Shown piece after piece: positions 38,038 to 46,301 of a stretch of 64,000 bases of DNA. Below the pieces are notes generated by a model. The model was not told where the DNA came from. It worked only from the letters and a program-made list of their open reading frames with translations, and made no database searches. Source of the stretch: Candidatus Geohabitans tengchongensis (GTDB lineage: Bacteria > Sysuimicrobiota > Sysuimicrobiia > Sysuimicrobiales > Humicultoraceae). Positions within the stretch are counted from its first letter, which is position 1, and every line of letters begins with the position of its first letter. Position numbers and translations under genes: made by a program. The DNA is taken from assembly GCA_031459625.1 (NCBI GenBank), contig JAVKIH010000008.1, positions 18,359 through 82,358 on the forward strand. The letters run 5' to 3'.

Positions 38038-39009
38038 GTGCAGTCCCCCGAGCTCGCCGTCACCTGCGCGGCCCTCACCCGACGCTTCGGGCCGGTCGTG
38101 GCCGTGGACGGCGTAGACCTGCAGGTCCCCCGGGGCGAGATCTTCGCGCTGGTGGGCCCCGACGGGGCAGGGAAGACGACGCTCATGCGACTGCTGTGCG
38201 GCCTCCTCCGCCCCGACGGCGGCACGGCCGCGGTGGCCGGGATCGACGTCCTCGCCGACCCCGAAGCCGCAAGACGGCGCCTCGGGTACATGCCGCAGCG
38301 CTTCAGCCTCTACGGCGACCTCACCGCGGTGGAGAACCTGCGCCTCTACGCCGGCCTCTACCAGGTCCCTGCGGCGGTCTTCCGGGAGCGCGCCGAGCGC
38401 CTGCTCGGGGAGTTCCGCCTCCTCCCCGTTGCCGACCGGCTCGCCCAGCACCTCTCCGGCGGCATGCGGCAGAAGCTGGCCCTGGCCTGCACGCTGGTCC
38501 ACGCCCCCGAGGTCCTGCTCCTCGACGAGCCGACGACGGGCGTGGACCCGGTCTCCCGGCGGCTGTTCTGGCGCATCCTCTACGACCTCAACCGCGCCGG
38601 CCTCACTGTGTGCGTGAGCACGCCCTACATGGACGAGGCGGAGCGGTGCTCCCGCGTGGGCCTGATGGACCGGGGGCGGCTCATCGCCTGCGACGCGCCG
38701 GGGGCGCTGCGGGCGGCCATGGGCGGCGAGATCCTCGAGGTGGTGGCCGAGCCCCGCGCGCAGGCCAGGCGCCACCTCCGCCACCACCCGCTCGTGCGCA
38801 GCCTGGAGGTGTTCGGGGATCGCCTGCACGTGCTCGTCGACTCGGCCCGGGCGGCGGCCCCCGTCTTGCGGGCCGCGCTGGAGGCGGAGGGTGTCGCGGT
38901 GCGGGGCCTCCACCCCGTGCGGCCGACGCTGGAGGACGTCTTCGTGGCCCGCCTCACGGCCCCGGGCGCAGGCGGCGCCCGGGGCGCCCCATGCCGCTGG
39001 GAGGCGTAA
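38038..39009 (+). CDS. ABC transporter ATP-binding protein (efflux, first of two)
   Basis: Walker A GPDGAGKTT, signature LSGGMRQKLALA, Walker B LLLDEPTTGVD. Confidence 0.85.
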   Translation: MQSPELAVTCAALTRRFGPVVAVDGVDLQVPRGEIFALVGPDGAGKTTLMRLLCGLLRPDGGTAAVAGIDVLADPEAARRRLGYMPQRFSLYGDLTAVENLRLYAGLYQVPAAVFRERAERLLGEFRLLPVADRLAQHLSGGMRQKLALACTLVHAPEVLLLDEPTTGVDPVSRRLFWRILYDLNRAGLTVCVSTPYMDEAERCSRVGLMDRGRLIACDAPGALRAAMGGEILEVVAEPRAQARRHLRHHPLVRSLEVFGDRLHVLVDSARAAAPVLRAALEAEGVAVRGLHPVRPTLEDVFVARLTAPGAGGARGAPCRWEA

Positions 39010-39010
39010 C

Positions 39011-39949
39011 GTGGCGGTTTCGGTCCGCGCCGAGGGCCTGACGAGACGCTTCGGCGCGTTCGTCGCCGTCGACCACGTCTCGTTCGAGATCGCGCCGGGG
39101 GAGATCTGGGGATTCCTCGGGCCCAACGGCGCGGGGAAGTCGACGACCATCCGCATGCTGTGCGGCGTCCTGGCGCCCTCAGGGGGCCGGGCGGAGGTCC
39201 TCGGCTACGACGTCCGACGCCACCCCGAGGCGGTCAAGGCGCGCATCGGCTACATGTCGCAGCGCTTCGCCCTCTGGTCCGACCTGACCGTGCGTGAGAA
39301 CCTGGCGTTCTACGCCGGGGTCTACGGGCTGCGCGGGCGGGAGGCGCACGAGCGCATCGCCCTCTGGCTGGCGCGGGTCGGGCTGCTCGACCGGCAGCAT
39401 GCGCTGGCGGGGACGTTGTCCGGCGGGTCCCGCCAGCGCCTGGCGCTGGCGGCCGCCGCGCTCCACCGGCCGCCGGTGGTCTTCCTGGACGAGCCCACCG
39501 CGGGCATGGACCCGCTCTCGCGCCGGCAGTTCTGGGAGCTGATCGGCGGGTTCGCCGAGGACGGGACGACCGTCATGGTCACCACGCACTACATGGACGA
39601 GGCCGAGCACTGCGACCGCCTGGCCTTCATCCACCAAGGGCGGATCATCGCTCAGGGCCCCCCGGTGGAGATCAAGGCGCGCCAGATGGTGGGGCAGGTG
39701 CTGGAGGTGCGGGTGGAGCCCCTCATCGAGGCCCTGGGGGTGGTGGAGGGGCACCCTGCCGTGCGGGAGGCCGCGCTCTACGGGGCGGCGATCCACGCCA
39801 CGGTGGACCAGCGCGAGGCCGGGCCGGCGCTGGCCGCGGCGCTGGCGGCCCGCGGCTTCGCGGTGGAGGGCGTGGAGCCGATCCTGCCGTCGCTGGAGGA
39901 CGTCTTCGTCGCGCTGGTGGAGGCGCGGGAGCGGGAGGCGGCCGCGTGA
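39011..39949 (+). CDS. ABC transporter ATP-binding protein (efflux, second of two)
   Basis: GTG directly after the preceding TAA. Walker A GPNGAGKST, signature LSGGSRQRLALA, Walker B VFLDEPTAGMD. Confidence 0.85.
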   Translation: MAVSVRAEGLTRRFGAFVAVDHVSFEIAPGEIWGFLGPNGAGKSTTIRMLCGVLAPSGGRAEVLGYDVRRHPEAVKARIGYMSQRFALWSDLTVRENLAFYAGVYGLRGREAHERIALWLARVGLLDRQHALAGTLSGGSRQRLALAAAALHRPPVVFLDEPTAGMDPLSRRQFWELIGGFAEDGTTVMVTTHYMDEAEHCDRLAFIHQGRIIAQGPPVEIKARQMVGQVLEVRVEPLIEALGVVEGHPAVREAALYGAAIHATVDQREAGPALAAALAARGFAVEGVEPILPSLEDVFVALVEAREREAAA

Positions 39950-41073
39950 GCTGGCAGCGGCTGGTGAGCATCGTCCGCAAGGAGGTGGCCCAGCTCCTCC
40001 GCGACCGCCGCACCCTGGGGAGCATGATCAGCCTCCCCGTCATCCAGCTGGTGCTCTTCGGCTACCTGAGCAGCCAGGTGCTGCACCAGCCGACGGTGGT
40101 GTGGGACCAGTCGACCTCGGCGGAGAGCCGCGCGCTCATCCAGGCCTTCGAGAACACGCGCTACTTCACGGTGCGCTACGCTGCCCGCACCCTCCCCGAG
40201 GTCGAGCGGCGCCTGGACGCCGGCCAGGCCCGGGTGGGGGTGGTGATCCCGCCCGACTACGCCCGGCGCGTGCGGGCGGGGGAGCCGGCGCAGGTGATGG
40301 TGGTGGTGGACGCCTCCGACGCCACCAGCGCCCAGGTCCTGATGTCCGTGGCCGCGGGCGTCGGGGCGCGTCTTGCCCAGGATCTCACCGCGCGGGCCCT
40401 GGCCCGCCGCGGCCAGCGCCCGCCGGCACCGCCCGTGGAGGTGCGCACGCGCGCCTGGTACAACCCGAACCTGGAGAGCCGGGTCTTCATCGTCCCCGGG
40501 GTGCTGGGGTTGATCATGATGTTCACGACCACCTTCATGACGATGGGGACCATCGTGCGGGAGCGCGAGCTGGGGACGCTGGAGCAGATCGTCGTCACGC
40601 CGCTGCGCCCCGCCGAGCTGATGCTGGGCAAGATCCTCCCGCTGGTCGCTCTCGGCTACCTGAACCTGACCTTCATCCTGGTGCTGGCCTGGCTCTGGTT
40701 CGGCGTGGCCGTGCGGGGCAGCCTCGTCCTGCTCTACGCGGTCACCCTGGCGTTCTTCTTCTCGTCGCTGGGGGTGGGCGTCCTCATCTCCACCGTCTCC
40801 CGGACGTTCAACCAGGCGACCCAGCTGGCCCAGCTCGTCCTGCTGCCCAGCATCCTCCTCTCGGGCTTCCTCTTCCCGCGCGAGTCGCTCCCTCTGCTGC
40901 TGCAGTGGATCGGCTACGGCGTCCCGCTCACCTACTTCATCACCGTGCTGCGGGGGATCATCGTGAAGGGAGCGGGGCTCGCCGACCTCTGGCCGCAGAT
41001 CCTGGCCCTGGTGGGGCTCGGGAGCCTCGTCTTCACCCTGGCCATCGTACGCTTCCAGAAGCGGGTCGACTGA
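39946..41073 (+). CDS. ABC-2 type transporter permease
   Basis: N-terminal cytoplasmic/TM1 (VRKEVAQLLRDRRTLGSMISLPVIQLVLFGY), large extracytoplasmic loop, and C-terminal ABC-2 TM bundle. Confidence 0.85.
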   Translation: MSWQRLVSIVRKEVAQLLRDRRTLGSMISLPVIQLVLFGYLSSQVLHQPTVVWDQSTSAESRALIQAFENTRYFTVRYAARTLPEVERRLDAGQARVGVVIPPDYARRVRAGEPAQVMVVVDASDATSAQVLMSVAAGVGARLAQDLTARALARRGQRPPAPPVEVRTRAWYNPNLESRVFIVPGVLGLIMMFTTTFMTMGTIVRERELGTLEQIVVTPLRPAELMLGKILPLVALGYLNLTFILVLAWLWFGVAVRGSLVLLYAVTLAFFFSSLGVGVLISTVSRTFNQATQLAQLVLLPSILLSGFLFPRESLPLLLQWIGYGVPLTYFITVLRGIIVKGAGLADLWPQILALVGLGSLVFTLAIVRFQKRVD

Positions 41074-41460
41074 CGATTCACCTTCATCGAGCTGTGCACC
41101 GCAGGTTGAGCCCAGCTGGACGTCGGCCTGATCCGGGGGGCGCAGCGGACGGGCCGGGGAATCCCCTCCCTCGTCATCCCCGGACGCTCCTCCGGCCACC
41201 GGAGGGCGGCATGGCTCTCCACGGCGCGCTGGGGGCCGGCCCGGGAGGACACGGAGACAATGGGCGGGCGTCCCACCCGACCCCGCAGTAGGCGCTCCCG
41301 GACGGCTCCGGCGCTCCAGAATGGTCAGGTGCTGGCGGAGCGCGGACCTGGAGGGGGGAAGGGTTGACGATCGGTTCCCTCTCCCCGGGGAGAAGGACCA
41401 TGGAAGAGGGGCAGGCCATCCGGCGTTGAGACAGGGGAAGTGAGGGAGGAGGGGAGAGAC

Positions 41461-42438
41461 ATGGAGACGGGCCCGGCACGGCACCTCGGCGGGATCCACC
41501 ACGTCACCGCCATCGCGGGGCACCCGCAGGAGAACGTGGACTTCTACATGGGGCTCCTGGGGATGCGCCTCGTGAAGCGCTCGGTGAACCAGGACGACCC
41601 GCAGACCTACCACCTCTTCTACGCCGATGGGGTGGGCAGCCCGGGCACCGACCTGACCTTCTTCGCCTGGCCCGGCGGGCCGGTGGGGCGCCGCGGCGCG
41701 GGGCAGGCCATCAGCGTGGCGCTGGCGATCCCACAGGGGGCGGTGGCCTTCTGGCTGCGCCGGTTGACCGAGGCCGGGATCACCGTGGAAGGGCCGACGC
41801 CGCGCGGGGCAGAAGAAGCCCTCGCCTTTGCCGACCCGCACGGCCTGGCGCTCGAGCTAGTGGCCGGGCCCGACACGGGCGAGCGCGATCCCTGGGTGCC
41901 CTGGACCGCCGGTCCCGTCCCGGTGGAGTACGCCATCCGCGGCATCCACCGCGTCACCCTGGCGGTGGCGCGGTTGGAGCCGACGCGCGCCTTCCTGGAG
42001 TCGCCGCTGCGCTTCCGTCTCCTGGAAGAAGGGGACGGCCGCCTGCGCTTCGCCACCGGGCCCGGCGGTTCAGGAGCGCAGGTGGAGGTGGTGCGCGCCA
42101 CGGGATGGGGACGCATCGCCGTCGGCACCGTGCACCACGTGGCCTGGCGCACGCCCGACGACGCTGCGCACCAGGCCTGGCAGCGGGAGCTGCACGGACT
42201 GGGGGTGGGCGTGACCCCCATCATCGACCGCTTCTGGTTCCGCTCGATCTACTTCCGCGAGCCCGGTGGGGTGCTCTTCGAAATCGCCACCGACGGTCCG
42301 GGGTTTGCGGTGGACGAGGCGGTGGAGCGCCTCGGCGAGCACCTGGTCCTGCCCCCCTGGCTCGAACCCGAGCGGGCGCAGATCGAGCAGGCTCTCCTCC
42401 CGATCCGGCTGCCGGTGCCGGCGCCGGGGCGCGCATGA
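41461..42438 (+). CDS. Ring-cleaving dioxygenase / VOC (glyoxalase) family protein, two-domain
   Basis: GIHHVTAIAGHPQENVDFY and GIHRVTLAV...GTVHHVAW: duplicated VOC modules. RBS GGGAGGAGGGGAGAG. Confidence 0.75.
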   Translation: METGPARHLGGIHHVTAIAGHPQENVDFYMGLLGMRLVKRSVNQDDPQTYHLFYADGVGSPGTDLTFFAWPGGPVGRRGAGQAISVALAIPQGAVAFWLRRLTEAGITVEGPTPRGAEEALAFADPHGLALELVAGPDTGERDPWVPWTAGPVPVEYAIRGIHRVTLAVARLEPTRAFLESPLRFRLLEEGDGRLRFATGPGGSGAQVEVVRATGWGRIAVGTVHHVAWRTPDDAAHQAWQRELHGLGVGVTPIIDRFWFRSIYFREPGGVLFEIATDGPGFAVDEAVERLGEHLVLPPWLEPERAQIEQALLPIRLPVPAPGRA

Positions 42439-42740
42439 GGGAATCGACAAAGGGCAAAGACGTCGGTCCCACGACGGCCCCGTCGGAGGCGTTGGGATTC
42501 GTCCTGCCCCTGGGCTTTGACCCGCGCCGCGTGGTGGCGGCCAGCTACCCGAACGGCGCCAACATCTGCGCCGGCCGGCACGATCCCCTGGTCCCTATCG
42601 AGCTGGCCGAGCGCCTGGCCGACCTCCTGCGCCACGCCGGCGCCCACCTCACGCTCCTCTGGAACGAGGTGGGCCACGGGCTGACCGCGGCAGAGATCGC
42701 CGCCGCGCGTGCGTGGCCGGCGGAGGCGGTGCCTTCGTGA
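42435..42740 (+). pseudogene. C-terminal fragment of a phospholipase/carboxylesterase-family hydrolase (101 codons)
   Basis: ANICAGRHDPLVPIELAERLADLLRHAGAHLTLLWNEVGHGLT resembles the C-terminal Asp/His region of PF02230-type esterases. There is no room upstream for the Ser-nucleophile half, because the dioxygenase ends at 42438. Confidence 0.4.
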
Positions 42741-43606
42741 GCGGGCGCCGGGCCCCTGCTCCAGCTCCCGCGCCAGCCGCGCTGCGGCCCTTCGGGCCGA
42801 CCGGCCGCGACGTTCCGGTCATCGGCCAGGGGACATGGATGATGGAGCGCACGCCGCGCGCCTCCGTCACCGCGCTGCGGCGCGGCCTCGACCTGGGGCT
42901 CACCCACATCGACACGGCGGAGTCCTACGGGCGCGGCGCGGTGGAGGAGCTGGTGGGCCGGGCCATCGCCGGGCGGCGCGCCGAGGTCTTCCTGGTCTCG
43001 AAGGTCCACCCCCGCCACGCCTCGCGCGCGGGGACCGTGGCCGCCTGCGAGCGCAGTCTGCGCCGGCTGGGGACCGACTACCTGGACGTCTACCTGCTGC
43101 ACTGGCCCAGCGACCACCCGCTGGAGGAGACCGTCGCCGGGTTCGAGCACCTGGTGCGGGCGGGGAAGATCCGGGCCTGGGGGGTCTCCAACTTCGACGA
43201 GGAGCTGCTGGAGGAGGTGGTGCACCTGGCCGGGCCGGGGCGCGTCGCCTGCAACCAGGTGTACTACGCCCTGGAGGAACGGGCGGTGGAGCACTTCGTC
43301 CTGCCGGCCTGCGCGCGCCACGGGATCGCGCTGGTGGGCTACAGCCCCTTCGGGCAGGGCCGCTTCCGCTCCCACCCGGTGCTGGAGGCGGTGGCCCGCG
43401 CCCGGGGCGCCACGCCCCGGCAGGTGGCGCTGGCCTTCCTCACGCGCCACCCGCACGCCTTCACGATTCCGAAGGCGGCACAGGTGGCGCACGTGGAGGA
43501 GAACGCCGGCGCGCTGGGGCTGCGCCTCACCGACGAGGAGGTGGCGCGCATCGACGCCACCTTCCCGGTGGGTCCGCCCCGCCCCGGCGACGTGCCGGTT
43601 CTGTGA
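42737..43606 (+). CDS. Aldo/keto reductase
   Basis: IGQGTWMM, HIDTAESYG, DYLDVYLLHWP, NQVYYAL: AKR family signatures. GTG start overlapping the preceding stop. Confidence 0.85.
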   Translation: MSGRRAPAPAPAPAALRPFGPTGRDVPVIGQGTWMMERTPRASVTALRRGLDLGLTHIDTAESYGRGAVEELVGRAIAGRRAEVFLVSKVHPRHASRAGTVAACERSLRRLGTDYLDVYLLHWPSDHPLEETVAGFEHLVRAGKIRAWGVSNFDEELLEEVVHLAGPGRVACNQVYYALEERAVEHFVLPACARHGIALVGYSPFGQGRFRSHPVLEAVARARGATPRQVALAFLTRHPHAFTIPKAAQVAHVEENAGALGLRLTDEEVARIDATFPVGPPRPGDVPVL

Positions 43607-43643
43607 CGCGAAGCGCGGTGACCGGTCTCGAGGGTGGACAGCG

Positions 43644-44354
43644 ATGGTCCGCAGCAGGACGGAGCCAGCCAGGCGAGCCTTCACCAGGGTGTCATACCTG
43701 AGGAGTAGGGTCGGGCTCGTACGGGCGGCACTCCTGCTCCTCCTCGGCGCCCTCCTGGCGACCGGACCGGGGAGCGTGGTCCCCGCCTCCGCTGCGGCGC
43801 CGACCGTCCAGCGCTACGTCATCGTCCCGGAGGAGTCCGAGGTGCTCTACCGGGTCGGCGAAGTGCTCTTCCGGGAGGGCAACCGCTTCAACGTGGCTGT
43901 GGGGCGGACGAACGCCGTGCGCGGCGAGGTGCTCATCGACCGGGCGAGGCCGCGCAACAGCCGCATCGGGCCCATTACGGTGGACATCAGCACCTTCCGC
44001 TCCGACCGGGAGCGGCGCGACCAGGCGATCCGCGAGCGCTGGCTGGAGTCGGCACGCTTCCCCACCGCGACTTTCACCTCGACCGCCATCGAGGGGCTCC
44101 CCCAGACCTACGAGGAGGGACAGGAGCTGACCGTGCAAGTCACCGGTGACCTGCGCGTGCGCGACGTCACGCGGCGGACCACCTTCGCCACGGTCGTGAC
44201 GCTCTCCCGGGGTGTCCTGCGCGGCACCGCCACCACCACGGTGCGGATGACCGACTTCGGCTTCGACCCCCCCGTGATCCTGGGGATCCTCCGCGCCGAG
44301 AACGAGGTGCGGCTGGAGTTCCGGTTCACGGCGCGACCGGCAAATGGTAACTGA
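43644..44354 (+). CDS. YceI family periplasmic protein
   Basis: Signal peptide, then the YceI-like pattern (YVIVPEESEVLYRV, FPTATFTSTAIEG, GDLRVRDVTRRTTF). Confidence 0.8.
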   Translation: MVRSRTEPARRAFTRVSYLRSRVGLVRAALLLLLGALLATGPGSVVPASAAAPTVQRYVIVPEESEVLYRVGEVLFREGNRFNVAVGRTNAVRGEVLIDRARPRNSRIGPITVDISTFRSDRERRDQAIRERWLESARFPTATFTSTAIEGLPQTYEEGQELTVQVTGDLRVRDVTRRTTFATVVTLSRGVLRGTATTTVRMTDFGFDPPVILGILRAENEVRLEFRFTARPANGN

Positions 44355-44881
44355 GGTGCCGGGAGGGGTGAGGGGCATGGGCGCGGTCTGCTTCCTCCGG
44401 TGGGTGACGACGCTCCTCGTCGCCCTCGCCCTCGGCCTCTCCCCCTCGCTGGCACCGGCCGCCTCCGCCCCCACCCTCGACGAGCGCGCCGTCTACGAGC
44501 GGGCCGCGCCCGCCGTGGTCGTAGTGCGCGCCGTCGCCGACGGGCGCAGCGGGGTCGGCACCGGTTTTCTCGTCGACCCCGGAGCGCAGCGCGCCGGCCG
44601 GGCTCCCGCCGGGACGGAGGCGCTGGTCCTGACCGCCGCACACGTGGTGCGGGGCGCAGAACGGCTGCTCGTGGAGTTCCCGGAGGACCGTGCGCTGCCG
44701 GCGGAGCTGGTGGGCTACGACGCCCGGCGCGACGTGGCGCTCCTGCGCATCTACACCCGAGCGGCCGCTCCCGGCGCTCCCCCTGGCCTCGACGGCGGGG
44801 CTGCGGCCGGGTGAGCCGGTGCTCGTCATCGGCACGCCGCGCGGCCGCCCCGGTGTCCCCGGGACCACCAGTCCCTGCTGA
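44344..44881 (+). pseudogene. HtrA/DegP-family (S1C) serine protease remnant, frameshifted and 3' truncated
   Basis: Frame 1 (ORF 44344..44814) carries the signal peptide and catalytic-His region (GTGFLV, LVLTAAHVV, RDVALLRI). After a +1 shift near ~44755, frame 2 (ORF 44690..44881) continues RPLPALPLASTAGLRPGEPVLVIGTPRG and then stops. The Ser-containing half and PDZ domains are absent. Confidence 0.6.
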
Positions 44882-44966
44882 CGTGGACCACGAAGATATG
44901 TCCTTGTCATCACCTTGCTCGTTGTCGTCGCGCCGCAGGCGAAGACGTGACGAAAGGAGGGAGGCC

Positions 44967-45905
44967 ATGACCGACCTGGAACGGTACATCCTCGAGGAGT
45001 GGCGGGAAGACTACCAGGCGGGGCGCCTGCCGCGCCGGGAGTTCCTGCGCCGCGTGGCGGTCTTCAGCGGCGGGACGGCGCTCGCCGCCACGGTGCTGGC
45101 CCAGCTCGGCATCGTCTTCACCCCCGGCGAGCTGGCCGAGGCGGCCGCCGCGCCCTCGCCAGCCGAACCGGCGGCGCCCGGGGGCACGGTGCCGCCCACC
45201 GACCCGGCCATCACCGTCCGCAACGTCTCCTTCCCGTCGGGGACGGTCACCGTCCTGGGCTACCTGGCCCTGCCGCGCACCGGGACGCCGGCGCCCGGCG
45301 TGGTCGTCGTCCACGAGAACCGCGGCCTCGTCGAGCACATCAAGGACGTCGCCCGCCGCCTGGCCAAGGCCGGGTACGTCGCCCTGGCGCCGGACCTGGC
45401 CTCGGCGGAGGGCGGCACGGAGCGCTATACCGACCCGGCCCAGGTGACGGCGATCCTCGGGCGCACCCCGCCGGACCAGCTCGTGGCCATGCTCAACGCG
45501 GCGGTGCGCCACCTGCAGGGACTGCCCGAGGTGCGACGCGACCGCATCGGGGCGATCGGCTTCTGCTTCGGCGGCGGGATGGTGTGGCGGCTCATCACCC
45601 AGAACCCCGACGTGCGCGCCGCGGCGCCCTTCTACGGTCCATCACCCGACCTGGATGCCGTGCCCCGCATCCGCGCGGCGGTGCTGGCCATCTACGGCGA
45701 GCGGGACGAGCGCATCAACGCCGGCATCCCGGCGCTGCGCGAGCGGCTCCAGCGGGCCAACGTCGTCCACGAGATCGTCATCTACCCCAACGCTGACCAC
45801 GCCTTCTTCAACGACACCGGCCAGCGCTACAACGCCGAGGCCGCGCGGGATGCGTGGAGCCGGGTGCTGGTGTGGTTCGAGCGGTACCTCAAGGCCGGCG
45901 GATGA
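44967..45905 (+). CDS. Dienelactone hydrolase family protein (Tat-type signal)
   Basis: RREFLRRVAVFSGGTALAA twin-arginine-like signal; DLH motifs (VVVVHENRGL, GAIGFCFGGG, IYPNADHAF). RBS GAAAGGAGGGAGG. Confidence 0.85.
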   Translation: MTDLERYILEEWREDYQAGRLPRREFLRRVAVFSGGTALAATVLAQLGIVFTPGELAEAAAAPSPAEPAAPGGTVPPTDPAITVRNVSFPSGTVTVLGYLALPRTGTPAPGVVVVHENRGLVEHIKDVARRLAKAGYVALAPDLASAEGGTERYTDPAQVTAILGRTPPDQLVAMLNAAVRHLQGLPEVRRDRIGAIGFCFGGGMVWRLITQNPDVRAAAPFYGPSPDLDAVPRIRAAVLAIYGERDERINAGIPALRERLQRANVVHEIVIYPNADHAFFNDTGQRYNAEAARDAWSRVLVWFERYLKAGG

Positions 45906-45967
45906 TCGCCCGGCGGTGAACGTCCTCGTCGTCGAGGACGCGCGGGAGATCGCCGACCTCCACGCTT

Positions 45968-45997
45968 TTGACACCCGTCACACCCCGCGCCTATAAT
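45968..45997 (+). promoter_or_regulatory. Near-consensus sigma-70 promoter for the thrS leader
   Basis: TTGACA, 18 nt spacer, TATAAT. Confidence 0.55.
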
Positions 45998-46004
45998 CGC
46001 CCCA

Positions 46005-46276
46005 CGGGCGAAGACGAGGACGAGTAGGCCGGTCCGGCTGCGCAGAGAGGGAGCGCCCGATTCGGGCTGCGAGCGCTCCTGCAGTGTGGACGGCTGAAGA
46101 CCCCCTCGGAGCCCGCCGCCGAGACCCTGCCGGGCAGCCGTCCCGCCAGGGAGAAGGCGGCCGGTCCCGCCGCCGAGACCGGCGGGGACGAGCGCCGGGC
46201 CGAGGAGGCCCGGAAGCCGGGTGGAACCACGGAGGCAACCCTCCGTCCCGCAAGGGGGCGGAGGGTTTGCGATTTC
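46005..46276 (+). promoter_or_regulatory. T-box riboswitch leader (threonine-type) of thrS
   Basis: ~290-nt leader with an AGAGAG element in the stem I region, candidate ACC specifier codons, and the T-box sequence GGGTGGAACCACGG (46219-46232; consensus GGGUGGNACCGCGG). It is followed by a terminator: ccctccg-t-ccc-GCAA-ggg-g-cggaggg plus TTTGCGATTT. Confidence 0.6.
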
Positions 46277-46301
46277 ATCGGCCGATGTCGGGAGGGACGC
46301 C

